Assembly: GCA_050084515.1 (NCBI GenBank)
Contig: CM114271.1
Span: forward strand, 22,072,001 to 22,136,000
Reading direction: 5' to 3'
Origin: Blasia pusilla
Lineage: Eukaryota
Length of the DNA stretch: 64,000 nt
Below are positions 53,301 through 64,000 of the stretch, piece by piece. The position numbers were made by a program, and so were the translations under genes. A model generated the notes under the pieces. It was given only the letters and a program-made list of their open reading frames with translations, was not told the origin of the DNA and made no database searches. The first letter of the stretch is position 1. Each line of letters starts with the position of its first letter.

Positions 53301-54714
53301 TGGTCGGTATCCAAAGATAGAGTAGGTTCCGGAGCGGGGCTTCCACCTCTTATGGAGGGAATGATCTCTCTTATATGGCAAGTGCAAAGACAAAGTTGAG
53401 GCATCGATTGCGATTACGAGAGGAGCCACTCGAGCGTTAGAGCCACGTGGTGCTACTGTGGAGTTGGACCCACAGAGGGGTGAGGCTGGGAGGCAGGCTA
53501 GGCTTCCCCAATCATTCTTGTTGTCTAGGGTGCTTAGGACTCCATCCATGGCTCCTACGCAGTCTATTGAGCCTACAGTGGGGACTAAGGTATCTACATC
53601 GCGTTTAGTAGACATAGATGCAGCATCCAGTGTAGTATTGCAGATGGCAACTTCAGTGTTGGGATCCCCATTATTTTCAGCCACTGAGTTGATGGCCTTA
53701 GGAGTTGACTTAGCTCGTGTATTTCAGCTAGCAGCCACGTTGTGTGAACGTGGGAGTATTACTTCTACACGTGCTGAGGTGGATGAGGGTGTTGCGGTGG
53801 AGAAACCCTCTATGTTAGGTGTAGCATTGAGTACCAGTGCTACTTGGCAGGCAACAGCGGCGAAGATGGATGCATTACCAGCCCGGCCAGCCATTGATTG
53901 TGAGAGGCTTACACTTGGTGTATGTATGTTGGACAATTGGAGTGGGTTATTCCGATTGGTGAGTCCTACAAGACAGGTGTATAGACCAGATAGAGTCTTG
54001 TTAGACTCTGGTGCCCAACCTTTGATGTTGGGAAAGGCAGCATGTATTGGTTTGGGTATTCGGAGGTCAAAGCTTGAGCCTTGCCCAATCCAGATTCAGA
54101 CATCACTTGGAGGAGCCAATGATAGGTCTGATTTCATGACATGGGAGAAGTTTTCTGTACAATTGAGACCATATCATGCGAGTGATAGCTCCTGGTTGGG
54201 AGTACCTGCAGTGGTCACATCAGCCGAGTCGCATGATGTACTAGTTGGAGGAGCAGTATTGTACTCGATGGGTTTTCAGATGGACTACTGAACTGAGACA
54301 ACGTCTTATAGACCTGGTTGGCAGTTTGGGGATGGACGTATGAGCCAGGTTCCTCTGAGATTTATTTATGGGGCTCGACCAGGAGGGTCTTCCCCAATGG
54401 TGTTAGCATCTGTGGCTGGTTTTTGTGGAGTAGTCACTTGGCCAGGAGACTTTTTGGAGGGCAACCTTTCTGCTATGGATTCTCCTATGCATGAGGAGGT
54501 AGAGGAGGTCCCTAGTTTTGCAGCAGTGGTATCCTCATCGTTGGATGTGCCACTTTGGAGTTCAGGCGGTGCCCTACGACAGGAGGTTGATTGCCTAGTG
54601 GAGGAGGCTTGGTGTGAGGCTGTTATACCTCACGAGGAAGAGGAGGCTCCGGCAGACTCCTACTTCTGGTCCTGTTGGGTTATACTACACCCATTGTATG
54701 GCAGTATCAGCTAG

Positions 54715-55570
54715 AGGGCATTTGTGTGTTAGATCTCTTTGATGGGATTAGCATTGGTTTGGCTGCAGTGTTGCAGGCCGCTATTCCTTTGCGGAGATAC
54801 GTGTATGTGGAGCGAGATGAGACGGCCCAGAGAGTCTCATCCCGACATATTGGTCAGTTGATGCGGAGATATCTTGAGTTGTTGCCGCCATCAGCTATTC
54901 GTGGGTATCAGCGTGCTTTGCCGTCACACATTGCATTGTCGTAACACCCGTAACATCTCCCAAAACAATCGAGACCTAGGTCTCGATTGTTTTGGGAGAT
55001 GTTACGGGTGTTACGACATCTTCAGGTTCATCAGGCACGTGCTCCAGCTTATATTCGAGAGAATGTTCCATTGTTGGGTGACACTCGGACCCGGATGATG
55101 GCGAGTGTTCATGAGGTTGGATTGGACCAGCCGTGTTGTTGGATGCAGTGCGAGTTGGCTCACGTGCACATCGTCCACGCTTGTGGTGGACAAACTTGTT
55201 GCCTAGGGAGGTTCTACGTTGAGCATATGATGCAGTGCAATGGGATCCTTGGCTTACAGTGGATAGTATCTTGGATACTGGGCGACTTTCTTAGGTGGTG
55301 AGGGTTATTGATCAGTCACCCATCATAGTGGTGAACTGTGTGGGCCAGCCTAGGATGGCACTACCCACATTTGTGAGTTTTCCCTCGTCACATGCCTAGA
55401 GGGAAGATGGTCCCGGGCTTGTATGGGATTCTCATGTGCGACAGTTGGTGGAGCCTAACGCTGATGAGAGAGAGCGTGCAATGGGATTTGCTACTCGTGT
55501 GACAACGATTGCTTCCATTTCTGAGGCTTCACGACGTCATGTGTTGGGTCAGGCCATGGACCTGATTTTT
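54715..55570 (+). pseudogene. Retrotransposon-encoded DNMT3-like C5 cytosine methyltransferase domain (disrupted)
   Basis: ICVLDLFDGISIG (motif I), YVYVERD (II), RSRLFWEMLRVL..ENVP (V-VI), PAVLLDAVRVGSRAHRPRLWWTNLLP (VII-VIII), ERERAMGF...RRHVLGQAM (IX-X). Motif IV is missing; frameshifts and stops present. Confidence 0.9.
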
Positions 55571-55869
55571 TTACCTCGATTTTGAGTCTTGGTATGGCCG
55601 AGCAGCGTCGACTTCGGACTATGTCTATGGGTCTTCCACCCCTTGTGATGAGCTCGATGGCTACCGGGCCGGTAGAGACATCGGCTGGGGTCGAGGAGAA
55701 CAGTATTTTGCATCCTTGGAGTAAATGGGATGTTATGGCTGGGCATGTGGAGTTGGTTGCTCATGCTGGTGGAGGAGTTACTTGCTCAGATGATGGTGTA
55801 GCTAAGTGTGTACCATCTTGTAAGGGAGTTGCATAGCAGCCAATGGTGTCTTCCTCTCCCTCTAGTGTG

Positions 55870-58800
55870 CTAGTGGAGGAGACTTGGGAGCCATTACTTG
55901 GGCCCAAGCTTACGGAAGGTGAGAAACGACGCTTGACATAGTTCCTACGTGCTTATAGCAGTTGTTTTGCCTTTAGCATGAAGGAGTTGGGTGCTTTGGT
56001 TGGACCCGATATACGGATTGATTTGGCTAGTGATACACCAATCTTTTGTCGTCCCTACCGATATAGTGATATGGAGAGGGACCTGATTCAGAGTAGGACG
56101 TTGGACCTTTTAGAGGCAGGATTAGTGGAGTTGTTGCATGGAGAGTATGCATCAGCCACTGTCATGCCTGCTAAAAAGGATGTGCATGGCAACTACACAG
56201 ATAGGCGGATGTGTGGAGATTACCGTCCTATCAATCCGTAGACCAAGGTCGATAGGTATGCCATGCCTACACTTGAGGAGATCATTGATGTGGTGGGACC
56301 GGCAAAGATTTTCAGTACTTTGGATCTTCGAGCAGGATACCATCAGTTGCCGATTCGAGAGAGTGACAAGGCCAAGACAACATTTTGGGGTGTCAACTCT
56401 CATGGCAAGGATTGTTTGTACCAGTGGAAATTCTTACCCTTTGGGTTGAAGAATGCACCTGCCGAGTTTGAGAGAGTGATGGACAGGATCCTAGCAGGGT
56501 TGGATTTGGTTCGGTGTTACATTGATGATATCTTGGTGTTTAGTAACACAGTGGAGGAGCATCAGATACATTTGCAAATTGTGTTTGAGCGGTTGAAAGC
56601 TCATGGTCTATGTTTGCCATTCAGGAAAGTATAAGTTCTTCCTTAAGGATATTGAGTACTCGGGTCATGTGATCTATCCAGATGGTTTGGGAGTTCAGCA
56701 AGCAAAGGTGGAGGCTATTGCACTTATTCCTTGTCCGGTAGATGTGAGTAGAGTTGGGGCATTCATAGGATTGACGAACTACTATCGGAGGTATGTGAAG
56801 GGATTTAGTGCTATGGCAAAGCCTTTGAACCAATTGTTGAAATCAGATCAGGAGTGGTACTGGGAAGATGATCAGGAGAGAGCTTTTGTGGAGCTCAAGG
56901 CCCACTTGGTGGCGGCGCCTATCTTGAGGAGACCTATCAGAGGGCGCCCATTTCAATTACACACTGGTTGGAGTAGGTTGGGGCTTGGAGCGGTGTCGAC
57001 ACAACATGATGATGAGCACATGGAGTTTGTCGTGGCCTATGCAAGTCGTTCGAATAATGCAGCGGAGTCCCGCTATAGTTCATATGAGGGAGAGTGCTTG
57101 GCAATAGTGTGGGTTGTGGCACACTTTAGGTGTTACTTGTTTGGCTCATAGTTTACCCTTGTTATTGATCACCAGCCGCTCAAGTGGTTGATGGAGTCTG
57201 ACAAGCTTACAGGGAAGCTTGCACGGTGGGCTCTTATCTTACAGGAGTATAATTTCCAAGTGGTACATAGACGTGGAGTTGCCAACCTTGATGCTGATAG
57301 GTTGAGTAGGAACCCATATACTAGCCAAGAGGATGCAACTCGGGCTAGATGCCATGGCGAGGGTGATGAGGAGATTGTGCCAGGTTGGCATGCATCTGCC
57401 TTTTTATGTTGGTTACGGGTGGACTCTAGTATGGAGGACCACATGACATCTTACTCTAGTGAGAGGGTATATGGCCAGCCTTCAGATGCTAAGGTTGGAT
57501 ATGATATTCATGATGATGCGTTGGTGTTGGAGTTCCTACGGACTTGTAGGGTGCCAGACATAGTGGGTGCCAAGGAGCGAGACCGTGTTCTTCAACGTGC
57601 TAAGAGGTATCGATTGGAGGGAACACATATTCTCCGTGTGTGGGAGGATGGTAGAGTACGAGTAGTGCCACATTTGGCTCAAAGAGAGCACATTGTGCGA
57701 CATGCCCATGAGGAGTTGGGACATTTTGGGGTAAAGCGTATATATAGCTTACTCCTTGGTCAATATTGGTGGCGTGGCATGCATACTGAGGTGCAGCAAT
57801 TGGTGTCACATTGTATGGTTTGTGACCGGGTGAGGGCATCACTCAATGCCCCTTCACCACAGTTACACCCCTTGCCTATTATGGGGTTGGGTTACCGTTG
57901 GAGTGTGGACTTTGCGGGACCGTTACCGTAGTCGTTGATTGTACGACATCATCGATATGTGTTGGTGATGGGGGAGCACTTCTTCAAGTGGATTGAGTTG
58001 GTGGCATTACCTGACAAGGCAAGTGAGGGAACGGCGTATGCCTTAGAGTTCTTTCTTGATAGAGTGCTTAGTCATTTTGGTGCACTAGCTGAAGTGCTGA
58101 CCGACCAAGGTACAGAGTTTCAAGGTGAGTTTCAGGTCTTGTGTGACAAGGCGTTGATTGATCATCGGACCACGTCTCGAGATCATCCAGAGGCGGATGG
58201 TTTGGCTGAGCGTGTGTTTCAAACGATAAAGAGGGCATTGCGCATGTATGGCCTACATAAGGGGCATCTTGGAGATAAAGAATATTCAGTTGCCATGGTT
58301 AGGCATAGGATATAGGTTCAGTCGCCAAGCATCCTTGGCTTCCTTCTCACCTTATTTTTTGTTATACGGCCGAAATCCAGATTTTCTTGCGGCAATTCGT
58401 GAGGAGTCTACAAAGGTGGTGAACCTTGACGATCCACAGATATGGATGAGAGTGTATTCTCAGCGGGCAGACCTCTTTCGGAGAGTTATGCCAACAACCT
58501 TTGAGAATCTTGCCATTGCTCAACACAAGGATACGTTTCTGTATGCAACCATTCGGGGTGGAGGTTATCGACCATCGATTTTTAGGTTCCATGTGGGGGA
58601 CTATGTCTATTTGCAGCAGATTGCACCAACAATGTTGGATGTGACTGCAAGCCGCACTATTTTACGAGTGCGCGAGGTGTTAGCTTCTTGAGTTCTCATG
58701 TTGAAGGGTCGTGATGGAGTTGTTTAGAAGGACCGTGTGCGTAATTGTGCGCCATGTCATCTTCCAAATATGGATGGTAATGTTGACCCAAGCTTAGCCA

Positions 58801-58970
58801 TGATACGTGCTAGCTTGAGGTGCATGTTGTGTGGGTCTGTTGGTAACGCAGCCCGTATGTTGGTGTGTGATCGGTGTTCTAGGGGTTGACACATGATATG
58901 TTTGACTCCACGTATGGATGTTGTTCCTACTGGAAGGTGGATTTGTCCTCGATGTACTAAGGAGAGGTAG
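55870..58970 (+). pseudogene. Gypsy RT-RNaseH-integrase-PHD coding region, with stops and frameshifts
   Basis: ORF pieces 55978-56241, 56263-56634, 56603-57151, 57188-57931, 57935-58315, 58248-58691 in Gypsy domain order; PHD at 58821-58955. Confidence 0.95.
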
Positions 58971-59136
58971 ATGACATGATCTTTGCATGATATGGATTAC
59001 AGATGTGCGACTTACGATGGGGCAACCCAGCACCCGACCTTCTGATTCGTGCACCCACGAAGGTGTATAGCATGTAGTAGATGTATAGGGCTACCTGGGA
59101 GTTAGAGGGACCTAACCGCCAATTAGGGGGGCGAGT

Positions 59137-59715
59137 TGTGATACACTTGTGTTTGTGGATGCTCTCGTCTATGTTATGTATGAATGCGAGTATGGTATGT
59201 CAGCGATGTCTTTTGTATGACGATGTGGATTCGCACGACAGTTGTCATGACCATACGGATTATGTCGTAGAGTATAGTGTGCTAGTAGAGGCCATACCTT
59301 ATGTAGGGCCGTAGTGTCTAGGTAGAGACGCGCGTTCATACATAGGGTTGGGGGTTACTCCGTTGAGGGTGACTTTTCCAATAGGGCCCGCTCTTAGGTT
59401 GGAGGATATAGTATGGAGTAAACTCAAAGAACAATTAGTTCTTTGAGTTGAGCTTGTTGCGTTGGGAGTTAGCCTTGGTAGTGAGTAGAGCTCTTGGCTA
59501 TGGTGGTTCCCGCAAGCGTCGACCTGGATTCTCCCATCGTGGAGTGGGTTTGGCTCGATTGTATGTGATTCTATACGTATTTTATGATAGTAGATCTTTC
59601 ACGGGTTTCAGTTGTCGTACACTTGTGTATGTGGATGCTCTCGTCTATGTTATGTATGTATGTGAGTATGGTATGTCAGCGATGTAGTTGTATGACGATG
59701 TGGATTCGCACGACA
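59137..59715 (+). repeat. 3' terminal B-A-B' repeat block after the PPT
   Basis: PPT AGGGGGG at 59125-59131; B1 59137-59240; GT; A2 59243-59610; GT; B2 59613-59715; each unit TG...CA. Confidence 0.95.
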
Positions 59716-60985
59716 ATCGTAAGCGTGCACGAGTTACTGCTAAGCTTGGATTAACTATACCGTTAATGTTAGGAAGGTGACATGGCGCACACTTACGCAC
59801 ATGGTCCTTCCAAACCATACCATTGCGTCCACACTATATCCAATAAGGGAACACTAGATGGAAAAATCTCATGCACTCTTAAGATGGTGCGTCCTTCAAT
59901 CACATCCAACATTATGGGTGCTGTCTGTTGCAAGTAGACATAGTCTCCCTCTGAGTGAAACCTCTGGATAGGTTGATAGCCACCTCCCCAAAAAGTCGCA
60001 TACATTAACATATCCCGATGTTGCGCAATCACCAAATTCTCAAACACCATGGGCATCACTCTCCAAAACAACTCAGCCTTCTGAGAACATGCTCGCATCC
60101 ATACATCAGGATCATCAAGGTTTAACACCTCACCAATATTTCGACGAATGACCACAGGTAAATCTGGCTCTCAGCCATAAAGTAGCAAGTACGGTGAGAA
60201 AGACGCTAAGGATGCTTGCTTGCTGAATCTGTATCCCATCGCCAAACACGGCAACTGGAGGTCCCAATCTCCTAGGTGATCTCTCTGCAAGCCATACTTA
60301 CGCAATCCTCTCTTCATTGTTTGCACAACCCTCTTTGCTAGTCCATCCGCCTCAAGATGATCTTGCAAAGTGGTGTGGTGGTCCATCAATGCCTAATCAC
60401 AAAAGGTCTGAAACTCCCCGCGAAACTCCGTACCTTGGTTTGTCAACACCTCAGTTGGTGCGCCGTAATGACTCAACACTTGATCTAGGAAGGCAAACGC
60501 TACTCCCTTACTCGCTTTTTCATCCAATGCAAGCAACTCTATCCACTTCCAGAAGTGCTCGACCATCACCAACACATAACGACTATGGAGCTCCGTCAAA
60601 GGTAAAGGTTCTGCAAAATCCAAACTCCATCTATAACCTAAATCCATGATCAAAATTGGATGCAACTGTGGAGTCGGAGCATTGAATGATGCCCGGACCC
60701 AATCACACACCATGCACCTAGCAACAAACTGTTGAACGTCAGTCTGCATGCCTCGCTACCAATATTGTATCTAAAGCAAGTTGTACGTCCGCTTCACTCC
60801 AAAATGACAAAAATCCTCGTGACACACCAAACTTGCTGTCTGTGAAGGATTAGGCACTACATCTACTCTATCATCCTCCAAAACCTCCAACATATGCATC
60901 CCCTCCCACCAGAACCGTTTGGCTCGTTGTAGGATCAGATCCCGCTCTCTAGCACCCACTATCCTCTCAACGCTGCCTATATGCA
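59716..60985 (-). mobile_element. Element C integrase segment; continues into 50021 downward, interrupted at 60986 by element E
   Basis: Minus-strand ORFs CHFGVKRTY, CMVCD, WSLDFAEP, TNQGTEF, ADGLAKR, GDYVYLQQ are homologous to 57700-58800. Confidence 0.92.
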
Positions 60986-63900
60986 TGTCACGTCTTTTAG
61001 GATAGATCGGTGGGATCTAGTAAAATGCCTTTGTGAGTAGTGGAAGACATGCTCAGAAGGCCGAGGATGACTTGCTGAGCCCTGGGAAACCTGAGAGAGC
61101 AAGTTTCCCCTTCGTTGCGGCTGATTTGGAGCCATATTGAGGAACTTACTATTTTAGGTAAGTACCATTTTGAGTATATGATCGACTTTATATTTTTGGT
61201 AAGTGGCCCTTGACCTCCTACATCAGGTCAAGAGCCAAGGAGGTGACTTGGGAGCATAGGTTACCATGGAGAGAGCTTGGGAGAGGGGAGGGGTATATCT
61301 CAAGGAGAGAGAGCTTGACAACTCATTCTTTCTTTTTTTAACCTCTTGGCATGAGGCGGCGGAGCTATGGTCTTGCTTGCCTTTTGTGTGTAACCCAAGC
61401 CTCCCATTAGGAGAGTGGCTTTGGTTTGACATTGAGATACACATGTGAGAACTATAGTGTTGTGAGAAAGATTTGATCGTATTTTACAAGGAGAGAATGA
61501 GAAAGTGAGAGACCTTCATGGGGGAGCTCGCTGGTCACTCACTGGTTTTGAAGGTTGGGGATTGTATTCCCCATTCACTGGTTCATGGGAGTGCTTACTG
61601 GAGCAAGAGCCGTTTACTTGTGATGTTTCCTTTGCCGATTTTTCGTGTGAAAGAGTGGCACGCGGAAGCGTTGCCCAATTTTTGATAGGTATTGAGTATG
61701 GGGGAAGGTTGCCCCATGCTGGTACTCTCGGGAGAACCATATACCTTGCTGATTTGTGTTCTTACATGTCTTAGATTTTCGTTGGGAGAAATCAACGCGG
61801 AAGCACTGCCGAATTATGTGTAGGAGAAAGAGACATTTGGCTTTACGACAGTCCTTGTCAGTTTTTACTGGAATGTTCAATTCCAAATATTTTTTGATGC
61901 TCTTGTAGATCAAAAAGCTATGCATGTTGTGCAACAAACGGTACATAATTTGGAGTTGTAAGCAAAATTTTATGATCAATCTTGCAAAACTTCCATTGCT
62001 AGGCAATTTTTAGGGTTAAATTGTTCAAACCCTAAACCAGCCGCCACACCGGAGGCGGCCGTCGTTGTCATAGTCACCATCAATGGTCAATGGTCAATCA
62101 TCACTGTTGACGGTCAATTGTTACCATCAACGGTCTGTCGTCACCATCAACGATCAACCGTGACCGTCAACAGTCCACCGTCCAGCGTTGTTGTCCCCTA
62201 GCGCTGCTCAAAGCTGCATTCAGACGTTGTCCACCCTTTGGTTGCCATTGCCGCCATTACAAAGTGGAGGGTCTTCCACGACCACCGTTGATTCTATGAC
62301 TTGCGCCGCCTCTACCTACTTTGGTTTGGCCGCCACCGTCATCGCAATTTGGTCATCAACTAGTGATGGCCGGTGACCTCGGATTATGGTGTTTGAGTTT
62401 TCATTTCATGTTGCTATGTTGGGATTGGTAGCCGCTCGACGATAATCGAGTACCGTGCGGTGACGCCCGTAGCCGCAACGCGCCGCCAATTTCCGCGCCA
62501 TGCCGCATGTGGCCGCACCGCACCGTCTCGATCGCGGAGCTGCTCCTTCACTAAGGTGCAGAGCATGTGAATTGCTGATTCAGGAGGGTATGCCACCAAG
62601 TGCCGTGCCCTTTGTAGCCGTTCCGTGCTGCACCGCACCACTGGACCTGCACCGCACATCAAGGAGGTTTGAGCAGCGTCAGTACGAGAGGAGTAAACTT
62701 GCTGATTGGAGGAGTTGTCTTCACAACCGAGTTGGGGTGGAGATTTGCAGTTGATGAGGAGCGATATCGACATTATTGTCAAGTTACCCATTATGGTCTC
62801 TTAACTTGCAAGTGTGAGGGATTTTTGGATATTGGGAAGTTATTTGGGATATTGGGTTTCGTGTTGATCCTAGTAGCATCGATGACGTATGGTGTTTAGG
62901 GGACATAGACGTGCGTGGGATGTCCAGAGTTGAGGATGGTTTATCGATGAGACGATAGATCGGTTGATTTTCCGCACCACGCTACTTATTGCCGCACAAC
63001 ATACGTCTCAATGAGAGAGTGTAGATTGAGTGTCACATGTTTAGTTTGATTACTCACGAGATTGAGAGTGATCGTGTGAGAGGGGCACGAGGGCCATCAC
63101 GGCCTCCTTTCGGGATTTTGAGAGCCAAGGTAGTGGACCTGAGAGTAGCTATGGAGGGTTTACCCGGAGTGGTGCGAGGTTTCGAGGGTCTCCACGTGAG
63201 AGACCACTTGGATCTCCTTCTGTGTTGTCTTCTGACAAGAGTGAGCGTGTAGAGGAGTGTGTTAGTGATCCACCGTACACTTTGAGTGGTCCTACCAGTT
63301 GGGCATACGAGATGGAGGACCACGCAGATTTTTGGATGTTGTAGGCACTATAGAGCTACACGACTTGATTGTGGAGTTTAGGAGTTGGTGTGACTTACAA
63401 CGGGCTAGGAACTCTAGCGAGTTCAACCCCGTTTAGAGCATGGAACGGTATGTTCTAGAATTTAGAGGGGGCGCCCATGGACGATTACCATGAGTTCTCC
63501 CACAGATATGCCCATGAGGTTGAGGCATGGCAACTCTACTATGACCCACAATATGTGTCATAGACGGATCGGTTTCCAGATGAGGAGGAGGAGTCAGGAG
63601 AGGCTACTTCCTCTTCCACTAGTGATGTTTTAGGAGGGGTCAGTCGCACAAGAGCAGTTGGACCATCTAGTTGGGTTCGTCCCAAGTTCAACCGCGTGGT
63701 TCAGTTCCTTGTTGAGTTGAGGGCGAGCTACTAGAGGGTACGGACGGAGAAGTTACAGAGCATCCACGACTTCTAGAGGCGTGCGGGTAAGAGTTTGCGT
63801 GAGGTTTACACTCGCTTGCGCCGGTTGATCAACGTCACTCAAGGGTGACGGAGGCTTAGGCTATCCAATCATGGTACGGGATGTTGGACTGTGTGGACAC

Positions 63901-64000
63901 GGGTGCGGGAGAGGGTGCTTCTGATGAACACCTCCCCTACTTTGAGAGATGTTCTTAGGACCACCAAGAACATTGAGTGCAACATGGCGGAGGAGAGCGT
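60986..64000 (+). mobile_element. Gypsy-DNMT family element E, 5' part (LTR, leader, gag), running off the window
   Basis: LTR TGTCACG...TTTACA at 60986-61488; 62420-64000 aligns with 43290-45900 of element D (gag FLEFRGGAHG/EVEAWQLYYDP region). Confidence 0.9.

Larger units (their letters stand above)
50022..59715 (+). mobile_element. Complete but degenerate 9.7-kb Ty3/Gypsy element: gag-PR-DNMT-RT-RNaseH-INT-PHD with A...B-A-B termini
   Basis: Ends TGTCATG...CACGACA; host integrase-PHD frame is continuous across the insertion (flanks ATCT/ATCG). Gag with CWTCGGDH and RGG tract; PR VLLDSGAQ; RT LDLRAGYHQ, PFGLKNAP, YIDD; RNase H YASRS..EGECLA; INT HHCC and D,D,E (VDFAGP, TDQGTEF, GLAER). 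Confidence 0.95.

Noticed and set aside
54715-55570. Host DNMT3/DRM gene or one-off captured fragment
   Set aside because: Intronless, embedded at the same pol position in two divergent elements, and lacks host N-terminal domains
50022-59715. DIRS/Ngaro tyrosine-recombinase element, given the split repeats and MTase
   Set aside because: No tyrosine recombinase motifs seen; it has an aspartic protease, an HHCC-DDE integrase, a PPT and TG...CA ends; the MTase is C5-type, not adenine-type

Overview
Intron-containing plant nuclear DNA, probably from a non-seed plant such as a bryophyte (inferred from gene and TE types). It has two host genes: the 13 3'-most exons of a nuclear phage-type organellar RNA polymerase (RpoT, + strand, 1556-6543), with a Ty1/Copia 3' end just upstream in an intron, and a complete 9-exon vacuolar processing enzyme/legumain (VPE, - strand, 19439-23772). 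The middle of the window holds nested hAT-type MITEs, a Copia remnant and two CRE/R2-like RLE non-LTR retrotransposons. The right third (about 40.8-64 kb) is a nest of four related Ty3/Gypsy elements plus a solo LTR. This family has four unusual traits. (1) A DNMT3-like C5 cytosine methyltransferase sits between protease and RT. (2) A PHD finger ends the integrase. (3) The primer-binding site appears to be tRNA-independent and self-priming, and it co-varies between subfamilies. (4) The terminal repeats are permuted (A...PPT-B-A-B) rather than two ordinary LTRs, as if a 2-LTR circle had been opened at an internal site. All Gypsy copies here are degenerate. All alignments and coordinates were read by eye.
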